Part shown: in pieces, positions 53,501 through 64,000 of the stretch
Position numbering within the stretch: the first letter of the stretch is position 1
Layout: the number at the start of each line of letters is the position of its first letter
DNA from: a virus
Length of the DNA: 64,000 bases
IMG/VR virus record: IMGVR_UViG_3300028025_000091
Location: 96,001-160,000 of that record
Direction: 5' to 3' (one strand)
Program-made: the position numbers and the translations under genes
The notes under the pieces: model-generated
What the model was told of the DNA's origin: nothing
Database searches by the model: none
The model's input: only the letters and a program-made list of their open reading frames with translations

Positions 53501-54793
53501 ATGAGCAAACCAACATTTGTAATCAGTTGCCCTATTGATACCTATTCAGGATATGGAGCACGTTCTCGCGATATCGTTAAAGCGATTATTGAAATGGATA
53601 AATATGACGTTAAGATCTTAGGTCAACGATGGGGAAGTACTCCATTTGGATTTATTGAAGCTAACCCTGAATGGGAATTTTTAATTAAACATATTTTACA
53701 ATCCCCCCAATTACCATCACAACCTGAAATTTGGATGCAAATTACAGTTCCAAATGAATTTCAACCAATTGGAAAATATAATATTGGATGTACAGCTGGA
53801 ATTGAAACAACAATAGCCCCAGCAGAATGGGTTGAAGGTTGTAATCGAATGAATTTGATTTTAGGTTCATCTGAGCACACTATCAAAGTACTTAAAGAGA
53901 GTAAATTTGAAAAACGCGACCAACAAACAAACCAAACAGTAGGAACTATTGAGTGGAAAACTGATAGTGAAGTAATATTTGAAGGTGCTAACACAGATAT
54001 TTACAAACCAGTAAAATCAACATTTGATTTATCTAATGTAAAAGAAGAATTTGCTTATTTGTTTGTAGGTCACTGGATGCAAGGTCAATTAGGTGAAGAT
54101 AGAAAAAATGTAGGTTTACTAGTAAAAGCGTTTTATGAAACGTTTAAAAATAAATCAAAGAAACCTGCACTTATCATGAAAACTTCAACTGTAGGTTCTT
54201 CTTATATGGATAGAGATGAGTTAATTAAACGTATCCAAATGATTAAAGATACTGTTAAATCAAATAACCTTCCAAATATCTATTTGTTACATGGTGAGTT
54301 TACTGATGTAGAAATGAATGAGATTTATAATCATTCCAAAGTTAAAGCAATGGTTAATTTAACTAAAGGAGAAGGATTTGGTCGACCATTACTTGAATTT
54401 TCACTTACTAATAAACCTATTATTACTACAAATTGGAGTGGCCATACAGATTACCTAAATTCAGAATTTGTTACACTTTTACCAGGTAATTTAACCAAAG
54501 TCCACCCATCAGCAGCAAATAATATGCTAATGGCTGAAGCAGAATGGTTTAGTGTTGATTTTGGACAAACAGGTGGTTATTTAAGAGACATATTTGAAAA
54601 CTATAAAAATTACACTGATAAAGCAAAACGTCAAGGTTTCCAAAGTAGAACAAAATTCTCATTTGAAGCAATGAAAAATAAGCTAGGTGAAGTTTTTACA
54701 AATAAAATCCCTGAATTTCCAAAACAAGGTCAAATTCAATTACCTCAATTGAAAAAAATTGAATTACCAAAACTTAAAAAAGTAGAACAATAA
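53501..54793 (+). CDS. GT-B glycosyltransferase
   Basis: YSGYG, DRKN, GEGFGRPLLE, WSGHTD. Confidence 0.85.
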   Translation: MSKPTFVISCPIDTYSGYGARSRDIVKAIIEMDKYDVKILGQRWGSTPFGFIEANPEWEFLIKHILQSPQLPSQPEIWMQITVPNEFQPIGKYNIGCTAGIETTIAPAEWVEGCNRMNLILGSSEHTIKVLKESKFEKRDQQTNQTVGTIEWKTDSEVIFEGANTDIYKPVKSTFDLSNVKEEFAYLFVGHWMQGQLGEDRKNVGLLVKAFYETFKNKSKKPALIMKTSTVGSSYMDRDELIKRIQMIKDTVKSNNLPNIYLLHGEFTDVEMNEIYNHSKVKAMVNLTKGEGFGRPLLEFSLTNKPIITTNWSGHTDYLNSEFVTLLPGNLTKVHPSAANNMLMAEAEWFSVDFGQTGGYLRDIFENYKNYTDKAKRQGFQSRTKFSFEAMKNKLGEVFTNKIPEFPKQGQIQLPQLKKIELPKLKKVEQ

Positions 54794-55257
54794 TGCAACA
54801 CGAAGAAATAATTAATTGCCCTAAATCAGGAGGTGACTTGTGCTATAAAGTACAAGTTGCCCCTGAAATTTACAACTACATGAGTATATCTTGTGGATTC
54901 TGGACGAATTCATTTATGAAAGAAGGTCATGAATTCTATATGCAACAAATGGAAACATTACCTGAGTTGTATAAAGATTTAGCTTGGACTGATCCGGAAA
55001 CAGGATTGATTTGGTTACCAAATACAATTAATGTAGAGGATAAAGGTATGGTATTTGCCAATGGCACAAACATCTCCAATTGGAAATGGGCTGCTGTTAG
55101 AGCAATTGAAATCCCTAAAAAAGACCAGAAAAAACACCCAATACCAGGTAAACCAGGACAATTCATGAAATATAGAATGGACATGAAGAATTTAAAATCG
55201 TTTGAAGAGCGTGATTATATGGATGCTCTTTCGTATATTGGAATATTACCTGAATAA
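54793..55257 (+). CDS. Hypothetical protein
   Basis: CPKSGGDLCY...SCGF. Confidence 0.6.
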   Translation: MQHEEIINCPKSGGDLCYKVQVAPEIYNYMSISCGFWTNSFMKEGHEFYMQQMETLPELYKDLAWTDPETGLIWLPNTINVEDKGMVFANGTNISNWKWAAVRAIEIPKKDQKKHPIPGKPGQFMKYRMDMKNLKSFEERDYMDALSYIGILPE

Positions 55258-55262
55258 GATAT

Positions 55263-55886
55263 ATGAAAATAAGTTATGCAATCACAGTCTGTAATGAATT
55301 CTTAGAAATTCAACGTTTAGTGCATTTTTTGCTTCAACACAAACGTATGCAAGACAATATTGTGATCCTATATGATGAAGCAAATGGTGACCCCGAAATC
55401 GAGGCCTTCCTCCGCTCACATTCCCAAAATGAGGAATTTGTGTGGCACAAAGGAAAATTCGAAAGACATTTCGCAGACTGGAAAAACAAATTATCCAGTC
55501 TGTGTAATGGCGATTACATTTTCCAAATTGATGCTGATGAATACCCATCAGAGGATTTGATCCAAAACCTACCTGAAATTCTAGAACTTAACCCTGAAAT
55601 GGATATTTTTCTAGTACCACGAGTAAATACAGTTGAAGGTTTAACTCCCGAACATATCGCAAAATGGGGATGGAATGTAACAGATACTGGATGGGTTAAT
55701 TGGCCTGATTTTCAATGGAGGATTTGGAGAAATGTACCTGAAATTAAATGGGTAAACAAAGTACATGAGCGTTTAGACGGATTCAAAACATACACTATGC
55801 TCCCAGATGCAGAATACTTTGCTCTATACCACCCAAAAACAATAGATAAACAAGAAAAACAAAACAGTTACTATGACACACTCTAG
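55263..55886 (+). CDS. GT2 glycosyltransferase
   Basis: ISYAITVCNE, FQIDADE, VHE. Confidence 0.85.
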   Translation: MKISYAITVCNEFLEIQRLVHFLLQHKRMQDNIVILYDEANGDPEIEAFLRSHSQNEEFVWHKGKFERHFADWKNKLSSLCNGDYIFQIDADEYPSEDLIQNLPEILELNPEMDIFLVPRVNTVEGLTPEHIAKWGWNVTDTGWVNWPDFQWRIWRNVPEIKWVNKVHERLDGFKTYTMLPDAEYFALYHPKTIDKQEKQNSYYDTL

Positions 55887-56727
55887 CCCACTGACATTTT
55901 GTATTTCAACATATAATAACCTTCCCTACCTTAAAATTGCAATTGATTCAGTTAGAAAGAATAGTTACTACAAAGATGCTCCATTTATAATACATGCTGA
56001 AAATTGTACTGATGGAACTAATGAATGGTTATTTGAGAATCGAGATAAATATAATTTAATTTTACTTGTTGAACCTGAAAATATTAAAGTTCGGGGTATT
56101 GGAGGTGGAATGAATATTTGTGCTGATCATGTTGAAACAGAATACATAATGTTTTTACACTCTGATTTTTATGTAACTAAAGATTGGGATAAAGTATTAT
56201 TAGATATTCATGAAAAATACCCCAATGAAAAATTATGGGTCAATTCTCAACGAGTAGAACCTAATATGTTCAACAATCTATCCCAAAGACCAGGTACCGC
56301 AATAGTTCCTAAAGAAATATTTGGAGCATATCACCACGATTTTGATTCTGATTATTTTGATAATTGGGCTGAAGATTTTATTAGAATAAACAAAGGTATT
56401 GAAATTCCAAAAGGTGAAGGTGTATCTGGATTAATTAAAAAATCAGTATGGGATGAGGTAGGAGGAAACGATCCACGTTTTGCCCCAACAAGTTGGGATG
56501 ATATGGATTTATTTTTACGAATGCTTCAACATAATGTGAGATTTATTCTTTCTACATCTTCTTTAATATGGCATTTTGGAGCTAGAGGCAGCCACCGACT
56601 AGAAGAAAATAATGGACAATCTTCAGATCGCCAAAGAAAAGCAGAAACTGAAAATATTAAAAAATGGTTGGAAAAATGGGAAAAGATGCCTATATTTGAT
56701 GAATACGGAATGATAAAAATTATATAA
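55873..56727 (+). CDS. GT2 glycosyltransferase
   Basis: ISTYN, CTDGT, FLHSD, VGGND, DDMD. Confidence 0.85.
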   Translation: MTHSSPLTFCISTYNNLPYLKIAIDSVRKNSYYKDAPFIIHAENCTDGTNEWLFENRDKYNLILLVEPENIKVRGIGGGMNICADHVETEYIMFLHSDFYVTKDWDKVLLDIHEKYPNEKLWVNSQRVEPNMFNNLSQRPGTAIVPKEIFGAYHHDFDSDYFDNWAEDFIRINKGIEIPKGEGVSGLIKKSVWDEVGGNDPRFAPTSWDDMDLFLRMLQHNVRFILSTSSLIWHFGARGSHRLEENNGQSSDRQRKAETENIKKWLEKWEKMPIFDEYGMIKII

Positions 56728-57414
56728 ATGAAAAATATACCAATAGTAATTTTAAATCGAGATCGATTATATCCATTAATTGATCAAGTTAATGCTTTAA
56801 GACAAAAAGGTTATAATAATATTACAATTATAGATAATCAATCAACCTATCAACCCTTATTGGAATGGTACAAACAAGACGGGCTAGATGTATTTTATAA
56901 TAATATTACAGAAAATTCTTGCCATGCTTTTAGAGATTTAGTTTTAATGCAACATCCTAAATTTATAGAAATTGTATCTAACTGGTATGTGTTTAATGAT
57001 AGTGATATTATCCCATTAGACACGGTTCCTAATAATTTTATTGATGATTTAATTGCTTATGCTATTAAATATAATAAAACTAAAGTTGGTATGTCAATTA
57101 AAATTGATGATTTAGATATGTCATATCCATTAAATGAATGGGTTTATAGTTATGAATCGTCTTATTGGACAAATGCAATTATCGATGGAGATGTTGAATT
57201 ATATCCCCACCCAATTGATACAACATTTGCCGTACATGCCCCAAATGTATTACCAACATGGAGTAACAATACATTACGTGTTGGAGAACCATATATTGTT
57301 AAACATGCCCCTTTTTATTATGATCCGGAATCTTTACCGGAAGATGAAAAATATTATTTAACTCATATGAATAAACAAAGTAGTAATTGGTCAAGTAAAG
57401 TAAAAATAAAATGA
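56728..57414 (+). CDS. GT2-like glycosyltransferase
   Basis: IIDNQST, NDSDI, IDTTFA. Confidence 0.7.
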   Translation: MKNIPIVILNRDRLYPLIDQVNALRQKGYNNITIIDNQSTYQPLLEWYKQDGLDVFYNNITENSCHAFRDLVLMQHPKFIEIVSNWYVFNDSDIIPLDTVPNNFIDDLIAYAIKYNKTKVGMSIKIDDLDMSYPLNEWVYSYESSYWTNAIIDGDVELYPHPIDTTFAVHAPNVLPTWSNNTLRVGEPYIVKHAPFYYDPESLPEDEKYYLTHMNKQSSNWSSKVKIK

Positions 57415-58073
57415 TAAAAGTAAATAAAGCAGGTGTTAATTTTTTAGTTACACCATCAACCCCAAGTCTTGATAATTTTTGGCAAACTGTATATCAAGAA
57501 TCTTGGGAAGGAGGTACATTTTACGATATATTACCTCATTTAAGTAAAGATAAAACTTTTATTGATATAGGTGCATGGCAAGGACCCATATCATTAGTAG
57601 CCCAACAGTTTTCAAAACAATGTTTATGTTTTGAACCAGACCCATATGCGTATAAATACCTAGTTAGTAATGTGGAATTGAATGGATTTCAAAACATAAT
57701 CTGTGAAAATGCAGCTGTCTCTGCAGAACCTACATTAAATATAGGTGCTGATGAATTAGGAGGGGGTGTAACTAGTTTTACAAAATCATCCAATAGTATT
57801 GAATGTAAAACTATATCAATCAAACAAATATTTGATAAATACCAATTAACATCAGATGACATTTCAGTTATTAAAATAGATATTGAAGGTTATGAATGTG
57901 AATTATTAAAAGATCCATTTTGGAAAACATTAAATGTAAATTTACACATTAGTTTACATAAATTATTTTTCCCAGACCCAGAAAAATATTTTGATGATTT
58001 GCGAGAATTTTTTGGACCAAATTATCAATTTTCATATACTGATACACAAGAAATTTTTATAGGAAAAAAATGA
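57411..58073 (+). CDS. FkbM-family SAM methyltransferase
   Basis: FIDIGAWQG, FEP, NAAVS, IKIDIEGYE. Confidence 0.9.
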   Translation: MIKVNKAGVNFLVTPSTPSLDNFWQTVYQESWEGGTFYDILPHLSKDKTFIDIGAWQGPISLVAQQFSKQCLCFEPDPYAYKYLVSNVELNGFQNIICENAAVSAEPTLNIGADELGGGVTSFTKSSNSIECKTISIKQIFDKYQLTSDDISVIKIDIEGYECELLKDPFWKTLNVNLHISLHKLFFPDPEKYFDDLREFFGPNYQFSYTDTQEIFIGKK

Positions 58074-58717
58074 AGACAGTAGCATTATTTGGAGCCACCG
58101 GTGGCTTAGGAAAACAATTATTACCATTATTGCAAACAAAATATAACGTAATAGGAATAAGTTCATCAGATATTGATGTTACTAGCTTTACACAAGTTAA
58201 TGAATTTTTTGAAACTAATGATATTGATGTTGTAATTAATTTGAGTGGTTATAATTTTGATACATTTACACATAAAATAAATAATGAAACTTTAAATCAA
58301 ATTGATAAACAAATTGATGTGAATATTAAAGGAACCATTAATGTAGTTTCAAATTGTTTAAGTAAAATGCGAGAACAACAATTTGGTAGAATCATTCTTG
58401 TTTCATCAGTGTTAGCAGATCATCCCGTTATTAGTACTAGCATATATGCTGGATGTAAGGGGTTTGTTGACAGTTTTACTAAAACAGTAGCTTTAGAAAA
58501 TGCAAATAAAAATATTAATTGTAATAGTTTGCAATTAGGATATTTCGATGGAGGATTAACATATAAAATTCCAGAAAACTTTAGAGATACCCTTAAAAAT
58601 AATATACCAGCAAAACGTTGGGGTACAATTGCTGAATTATATAATACAATTGATTATTTAATTGAAACTGGTTATATTACGGGACAAAATTTAAATATAA
58701 GTGGAGGAATTATATAA
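58070..58717 (+). CDS. Short-chain dehydrogenase/reductase
   Basis: GATGGLG, VN..G, SS, YAGCK, ITGQ. Confidence 0.9.
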   Translation: MKTVALFGATGGLGKQLLPLLQTKYNVIGISSSDIDVTSFTQVNEFFETNDIDVVINLSGYNFDTFTHKINNETLNQIDKQIDVNIKGTINVVSNCLSKMREQQFGRIILVSSVLADHPVISTSIYAGCKGFVDSFTKTVALENANKNINCNSLQLGYFDGGLTYKIPENFRDTLKNNIPAKRWGTIAELYNTIDYLIETGYITGQNLNISGGII

Positions 58718-59568
58718 TGCAGGAATATAAAGACATATTTAACAATGTACATATCACCTCTAAAGAATTAAATATTGGTACCAATGTAAAATTTGGTAAA
58801 GATATTAATATTAAAGTTAGAGGTTGTTTAGAAATTGGTGATAATAGTATTATAGGTGATAGATTTACTGTTAATGCTGAAAATGTTACTTTAGGAGAAT
58901 ATTTTTATAATGGTCCTACTGATAGTAGAGGTATGGTTATTGGGGGTGGAAGTTCAAATTTCCCATACGCAAATCTTCAAATAGGAACAGGAATGGTATG
59001 TCATACAGGTCATATCAATCTCGCAGCACCAGTAACAATAGGAAACGATGTAGGATTGTCTCACGATGTTGATTTAATTACTCACGGTTTTTGGTCTAAT
59101 ATCTTAAAAGGTTACCCAAGAGTATTTGAAGAAATTAAGATTGGAAACAATGTTATTGTAGGATGGAAAACAGTTATTATGAGTGGAGTTGAAATTTGTG
59201 ATGATGTTGTCATTGGGTCACATTCAACTATAACAAAATCCTTAACAACACCAAAAGGAATATATGTGGGTTCACCCGCAAAACTAATCAAAACGATAAC
59301 AGAACCATCCTTTGAAGAAAAGATTAATATGGTTGAAGGATTAATTAAAGATTTTAATGATTTAATGTCATATTATGATATCCCGGATTATACCATATCA
59401 TATGATTATCCTAAGTTATTTATTAATAAGTTAGAGATTGATTTACTTAACTTCTCATATAAAGGAGAACATGATATGATTACAGATGCGTTTAGAGATT
59501 TTGCTAGACGATATGGAATTAGAGTATATGCTCCACAAGGATATAAATTTAATCTAAACAGAAAATGA
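58717..59568 (+). CDS. Hexapeptide-repeat acyltransferase
   Basis: VTIGNDV, ITH, IGNNVIVG, YVGSPAK. Confidence 0.85.
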   Translation: MQEYKDIFNNVHITSKELNIGTNVKFGKDINIKVRGCLEIGDNSIIGDRFTVNAENVTLGEYFYNGPTDSRGMVIGGGSSNFPYANLQIGTGMVCHTGHINLAAPVTIGNDVGLSHDVDLITHGFWSNILKGYPRVFEEIKIGNNVIVGWKTVIMSGVEICDDVVIGSHSTITKSLTTPKGIYVGSPAKLIKTITEPSFEEKINMVEGLIKDFNDLMSYYDIPDYTISYDYPKLFINKLEIDLLNFSYKGEHDMITDAFRDFARRYGIRVYAPQGYKFNLNRK

Positions 59569-60197
59569 AATTTCTAAATTTTAATAGAGTACTTTGCCTA
59601 AGCCCTCATCCAGATGATACTGAATATAGTATTGCCGGAGTAGTACTAAAACATCAAGATACTCACTTTGATATTTTATGTTTAACTCAAGGAGGTGATT
59701 GTGATACCACAACAGGTACTGATCGCATACAAGAAGTAAAAAATTCCTGGAAATCAACCCCAGCATCTAATTATTCTTTACATTTTAGTGGTGTAAAATT
59801 CCTTAAAGAACTAGGAGTAGATGAATGGATAAACTATATTGAAACTAATTTCACAAAACAATTTAATTATGATTGTATAATGACTACTTCAGAATTCGAT
59901 AGTCATTTTGAACATGTGTTAATATCATCATTTGCAGCACCCTTAGCTAGAATTAAACCATATAGTATTATTCAATATAAATCTCCATCAACTTTAGATA
60001 AATGGACTCCAAACTTATTTGTCTCCTTAAAAGATTTTTATTATATTAAGAAGGAAATGTTACTTGAATTTAAATCTCAATTACATCATGGATATTTTGA
60101 TGAATCTGTTTTAGATGGATTTCATACTAATTTCCAATGCATGAAAAAAGGACAAGGATTTGTAGAATCATATAAAATAATTACAGCATATGAATAA
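59565..60197 (+). CDS. PIG-L/LmbE family deacetylase
   Basis: SPHPDD, DSHFEH, FKSQ. Confidence 0.85.
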   Translation: MKFLNFNRVLCLSPHPDDTEYSIAGVVLKHQDTHFDILCLTQGGDCDTTTGTDRIQEVKNSWKSTPASNYSLHFSGVKFLKELGVDEWINYIETNFTKQFNYDCIMTTSEFDSHFEHVLISSFAAPLARIKPYSIIQYKSPSTLDKWTPNLFVSLKDFYYIKKEMLLEFKSQLHHGYFDESVLDGFHTNFQCMKKGQGFVESYKIITAYE

Positions 60198-60975
60198 ATT
60201 AGTATTATATTGCAAAAGCTATGATAAAGATGTACATAGAGCTAAGACCTTATTAGACAGTATTGTAAAATATAATACCGACAACATCCCATTTTACATT
60301 TCAGTCCCATCTTCTGATATAGAATTATTCAAACAAGAATTAGGTGAAAGTAATTATATTCTTTTAAAAGATGAAGATATTGATAGTTTAAATGAAGGGT
60401 GGAAAGGTCAACAAATAGTAAAAAGTCAATTTTGGAAATTGGGATTATGTGAGAACTATGTTTGTATAGATTCTGATTGTATCTTTATTAAAGATTTTAC
60501 TGTATCTGATTTTATGTTTGATAATGATACTCCTTATACGGTATGTCATGAATATAAGTCATTTTTTGAATTTATGGAAAAGTATCCTTTAGGATTTGAT
60601 CCATATGAATCATTTGCTAAAGAACGAAAACACATAATGGATTTATTTGGTAGAGAAGGAGCAATATATGATTTTGGTCCCGGACCTACAATTTGGTCAT
60701 CTAAAGTTTGGAAATCCTTAGAAGAAAACTATTTAATTCCAAATAAATTAAAATTTAGTGATTTAATTGAAGTAAATGGTTCTGAATTTACTTGGTATGG
60801 AGAATGGTTATTGTATAGTCAAGTAATTAGATTAATGCCCAAAGGACCATTATTTAAAAATTATCACTATCCTCATCAATATGATTATGATAAACATTGT
60901 GGGTATGATATAAAAAAAATTGCAAAATTATACTTAGGAATAGGTATGCAATCAATATATAAATTTAATATTTAA
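60190..60975 (+). CDS. Glycosyltransferase-like protein (DUF6492-like)
   Basis: GWKGQQIVK, IDSD, SEFTWYG. Confidence 0.6.
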   Translation: MNKLVLYCKSYDKDVHRAKTLLDSIVKYNTDNIPFYISVPSSDIELFKQELGESNYILLKDEDIDSLNEGWKGQQIVKSQFWKLGLCENYVCIDSDCIFIKDFTVSDFMFDNDTPYTVCHEYKSFFEFMEKYPLGFDPYESFAKERKHIMDLFGREGAIYDFGPGPTIWSSKVWKSLEENYLIPNKLKFSDLIEVNGSEFTWYGEWLLYSQVIRLMPKGPLFKNYHYPHQYDYDKHCGYDIKKIAKLYLGIGMQSIYKFNI

Positions 60976-60980
60976 AAAAC

Positions 60981-61598
60981 ATGAAAAAAAGTTTAGAAGA
61001 AATTAGTAAACAATACCAATCTGATAAAGGATTAGTGTATCATAATTATTTAGAAATTTATGAAAAATATTTTTCTAAATACCGTGATACATTAGAAAAT
61101 TTTTTAGAGATTGGACTATGGAAAGGAGATAGTATTAGAATGTGGCGTGACTATTTTGACACAGGTAATTTAGTAGGAGCTGATATATTAGATTTATCTC
61201 ATGTAATATTACCAAATACTCAAATACACATATGTGATCAATCTGATAGAGATCAATTAGGAAATTTAGTAAATAATTCATTTAATGAATTTGATATCAT
61301 TATAGATGATGGAGGTCATTGGCAACACCAACAACAAATCACATTAGGATTTATGTTCCCATTTCTCAAACCAGGAGGAGTATTTGTAATTGAAGATCTT
61401 CACACAGCTAACCATCCAGAATATACACGCCCTGGTGATGTTGCAACATTAGAAATATTACATACTTGGAAAGATACAGGTAATTTAATTAGTAATTGCA
61501 TGTCAGAAAGCGAAATAAAATATTTAACAGATACAGTTGCTGAAATCCATATTGAACAAGCTACAGTATCAGATATAGCATTTATTATTAAGAAATGA
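60981..61598 (+). CDS. Class I SAM methyltransferase
   Basis: SDK..HNY, LEIG, DQSD, IIDDGGH, LKPGG..IED. Confidence 0.9.
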   Translation: MKKSLEEISKQYQSDKGLVYHNYLEIYEKYFSKYRDTLENFLEIGLWKGDSIRMWRDYFDTGNLVGADILDLSHVILPNTQIHICDQSDRDQLGNLVNNSFNEFDIIIDDGGHWQHQQQITLGFMFPFLKPGGVFVIEDLHTANHPEYTRPGDVATLEILHTWKDTGNLISNCMSESEIKYLTDTVAEIHIEQATVSDIAFIIKK

Positions 61599-62440
61599 AA
61601 AGTTGCATAGTTTTTGCATGTACCATCATATCAGAACCTCGATTAATAGTATTGCATCGGTTTTTACAAACATTTCAACAACATTTTTCAGACAGTGACT
61701 TATTTATTGGAATTAATCCAAATAGTTTAGATGAAGTTGAAACTATTATAGATTCCTATGATCTAAATATTAAGTTTATACAACGATGTCCTGATGAATT
61801 GTATGCACATAGTGATGCATCTGCATATCAAATAGCTTTAAAGGGGTTAAAAGAATGGGGTGTTGAATATGAAAATTATTGGTTTATACATACTAAAAGT
61901 GGTGTAAATGAACATAGTAATTATTTACGAGAATGGTATATTGATAATTTTTTAGCAAACCGTATTCCTATTGAAAAATTTATAAATGAAAATCAAGATA
62001 TAGGTTCATATGGTATGTTAGGATTAGCTTATGATGAAAATAAATCATATGGTGATACAGATGTTGAAATTGATATTTTTAAAAACGTTATAACAGATGA
62101 TTTACCTTTTACACATTCTCACTTTTTTTATATCCACTCATTATATGTAATTAATAAAAAACCTATACATAAATTTCTAAATTTAATAACAGATAAATGG
62201 TTTAATACTAAGTTGGACCGTTATTATTTTGAAGGTGTTTTTCCATTTATAGTCTCCCGATCAGGATACTTTCCTTATATTGAAAATCAATTTGATTGTT
62301 CTTATAATGATTTAACACCAAAAATCACTGAATGGATTGAAGTTAATAAATTAGAAAAGTATGAAAAATACAATAATATATTTAAAACAAATTTTACATT
62401 TAATCAATTAAATCCCCCATATGTTAATAGCAACTCTTAA
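61595..62440 (+). CDS. Putative glycan-synthesis protein
   Basis: WFIHTKS and RYYFE motifs; cluster context. Confidence 0.5.
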   Translation: MKSCIVFACTIISEPRLIVLHRFLQTFQQHFSDSDLFIGINPNSLDEVETIIDSYDLNIKFIQRCPDELYAHSDASAYQIALKGLKEWGVEYENYWFIHTKSGVNEHSNYLREWYIDNFLANRIPIEKFINENQDIGSYGMLGLAYDENKSYGDTDVEIDIFKNVITDDLPFTHSHFFYIHSLYVINKKPIHKFLNLITDKWFNTKLDRYYFEGVFPFIVSRSGYFPYIENQFDCSYNDLTPKITEWIEVNKLEKYEKYNNIFKTNFTFNQLNPPYVNSNS

Positions 62441-63143
62441 CCATAATCTCCCCCAGTGGACTGATAATTTGGTAAATCAATTAAAACGAGACCCATTATT
62501 TTCTGAATGTGAATTGATGGTAGTAGATAATGGTTCAAAAGAATCTTTAGCTCAATCAACAACTCACCAACTAGAAGAAAATATATTTTTTGGTGGTGGT
62601 TTTAATGTTGTATTAGATTATTTTCTTTCAACAGATCATGATTACTTATATTTTTTAAATAATGATCTAGTATTTCATGGTCCATCATTTTTAACTACTT
62701 CATTACGTGAAGCAAAAGAATCAGATGCCGCTGTTTATTCCCCAACAGTTGTAAACGCTTCAATGGAACAATGCCATTGGAAACAAATGTGGAATTGGGG
62801 TCAAGGATTACGTAAAGTAAAATGGATTGATTTCCAATCCCCTCTACTTAGACGAGATATCCTAGAAAAAATCCAATATTTCCCAGATGAATTAATTTAT
62901 GGATGGGGTTTAGATTTTTACGCAGGATGTATTTCAGAACAAGAAGGATTAAATACTATTGTATCTGATACAAATACTATAACACATATGAATTCTTTAA
63001 CATTTAAAGAAAATAAAATTAATATTGGAGTAAGTGAATTCTGTCAAAGAGCAGATCAAAATATGAGCCAATATTTTTGGAAATCGGAATTCAATTCATT
63101 ATATTTAGACTTAAGAAAATACGGAGAAAACTATACAATATGA
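62421..63143 (+). CDS. GT2 glycosyltransferase
   Basis: VVDNGS, FGGGFN, LNND, GWGLD. Confidence 0.85.
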   Translation: MLIATLNHNLPQWTDNLVNQLKRDPLFSECELMVVDNGSKESLAQSTTHQLEENIFFGGGFNVVLDYFLSTDHDYLYFLNNDLVFHGPSFLTTSLREAKESDAAVYSPTVVNASMEQCHWKQMWNWGQGLRKVKWIDFQSPLLRRDILEKIQYFPDELIYGWGLDFYAGCISEQEGLNTIVSDTNTITHMNSLTFKENKINIGVSEFCQRADQNMSQYFWKSEFNSLYLDLRKYGENYTI

Positions 63144-64000
63144 TATCATTTATTATTCCAAGTTATAATAACTTAAAACACCTAAAAAACGTTTACGCAA
63201 GTATTCAAAAACATGCTCCACAAGCTGAAGTTATCTTATTAGATGATGGTTCAACAGATGGAACACAAGATTGGATTCAACAACAAGATTGTATCAAATA
63301 TAGAAGTGAAGAACGAGTTGGTCATACTATATTATATGACAAAGGTATTGAAATGGCTACAAATGAAATAGTAGGTATTTTACATGCTGATATGATTTTA
63401 GGTCCTAACTACATTGAAAACTTAATTAAACATTTAGAACCAGGTAAAGTAGTATGTGCAACCCGAATCGAACCACCTTTACATCCAGAAGGTAAAGAAA
63501 AAATCATCCGAGATTTTGGAATGGATTTTGATACACTGGATATAGAAGCATTTGAACAATTTGTTTTAGAATCCCAAACAGAATTCCAAGACCAAACCAC
63601 TAAAGGGATGTTTGCACCTTGGATCCTTTATAAATCAGATTTTCAAGCAATAGGCGGACACGATCCATTATTTGCTCCATTCCCATATGAAGATTCAGAT
63701 ATTTTTCAACGTTGGATTTTAGCTGGATATGAATTAATTCAATCACGAGATGCGTTTGTTTACCATTTAACTTGTAGAGGGCATAGATGGAATGAACAAA
63801 TAGGTAAAGATGATGATTACTATAAAATAGTATCAGAACGAGCAGGAAAAAATTATTTACGTAAATGGGGAAGTTGGATCAAAAATGATGAATACCAATA
63901 TCCTATCATTTTACCAAAATATAATATTGCTTTTGTAGTAAAAAACTGTAGTGGGAATATATTAGAAGCTTTAGAAACTTGGTGTGACCGTATTTATATT
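63140..64000 (+). CDS. GT2 glycosyltransferase (3' truncated by window edge, not in track)
   Basis: MISFIIPSYNN, LDDGSTDGT, LHADM, IGGHD, EDSD. Confidence 0.85.
   Translation, partial: MISFIIPSYNNLKHLKNVYASIQKHAPQAEVILLDDGSTDGTQDWIQQQDCIKYRSEERVGHTILYDKGIEMATNEIVGILHADMILGPNYIENLIKHLEPGKVVCATRIEPPLHPEGKEKIIRDFGMDFDTLDIEAFEQFVLESQTEFQDQTTKGMFAPWILYKSDFQAIGGHDPLFAPFPYEDSDIFQRWILAGYELIQSRDAFVYHLTCRGHRWNEQIGKDDDYYKIVSERAGKNYLRKWGSWIKNDEYQYPIILPKYNIAFVVKNCSGNILEALETWCDRIYI

Noticed and set aside
323-63600. Minus-strand and nested alternative-frame ORFs in the track
   Set aside because: All overlap well-supported + strand genes and show no recognisable motifs; treated as shadow ORFs
1-64000. Stop-codon reassignment, tRNA or rRNA genes
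   Set aside because: Known genes are full length under the standard code with TAA, TAG and TGA all used as stops; no cloverleaf or rRNA-like segment noticed by eye

Overview
A 64-kb, AT-rich, gene-dense segment of a large lytic dsDNA phage; every credible gene is on the + strand and the standard code fits. The T4-like replisome (PolB, sliding clamp, two clamp-loader subunits), promoters of the Bacteroidota -33/-7 type and AT-rich leaders without Shine-Dalgarno sites point to a large phage of a Bacteroidota/Flavobacteriia host (inference). Order: secreted/outer-membrane module (CsgG-like, beta-barrel, C-type lectin) and lysis genes (1-5.5 kb); repeat-rich tail-fibre/virion genes (5.6-15.6 kb); thyA and a 7-deazaguanine DNA-modification set (dpdA-like, queC, queD, queE; hpt and folE lie after an inserted 9.2-kb block of Cys-rich virion-type genes that includes a trypsin-like protease); polB, clamp, groES/groEL, clamp loader; putative internal head proteins; a Cas4-like nuclease; and a >13-kb glycosyltransferase/sugar-modification cluster running off the end. 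Most striking unexplained structure: (1) two arrays of small genes joined by a conserved 18-bp junction AAAmAACAAGAAyAATGA (8 copies) containing each gene's start codon, one array bounded by a perfect 22-bp direct repeat, i.e. a cassette-like gene-shuffling system; (2) a short RMxxLAG(I/L/V) peptide and I/L-x-E leaders on unrelated proteins, including an Acb1-like 2H phosphoesterase, suggesting capsid-targeted cargo; (3) a 7-deazaguanine pathway with a QueC lacking its Zn cysteines and an hpt-folE-MazG-polB linkage. All family assignments come from motif recognition by eye; no searches were run.
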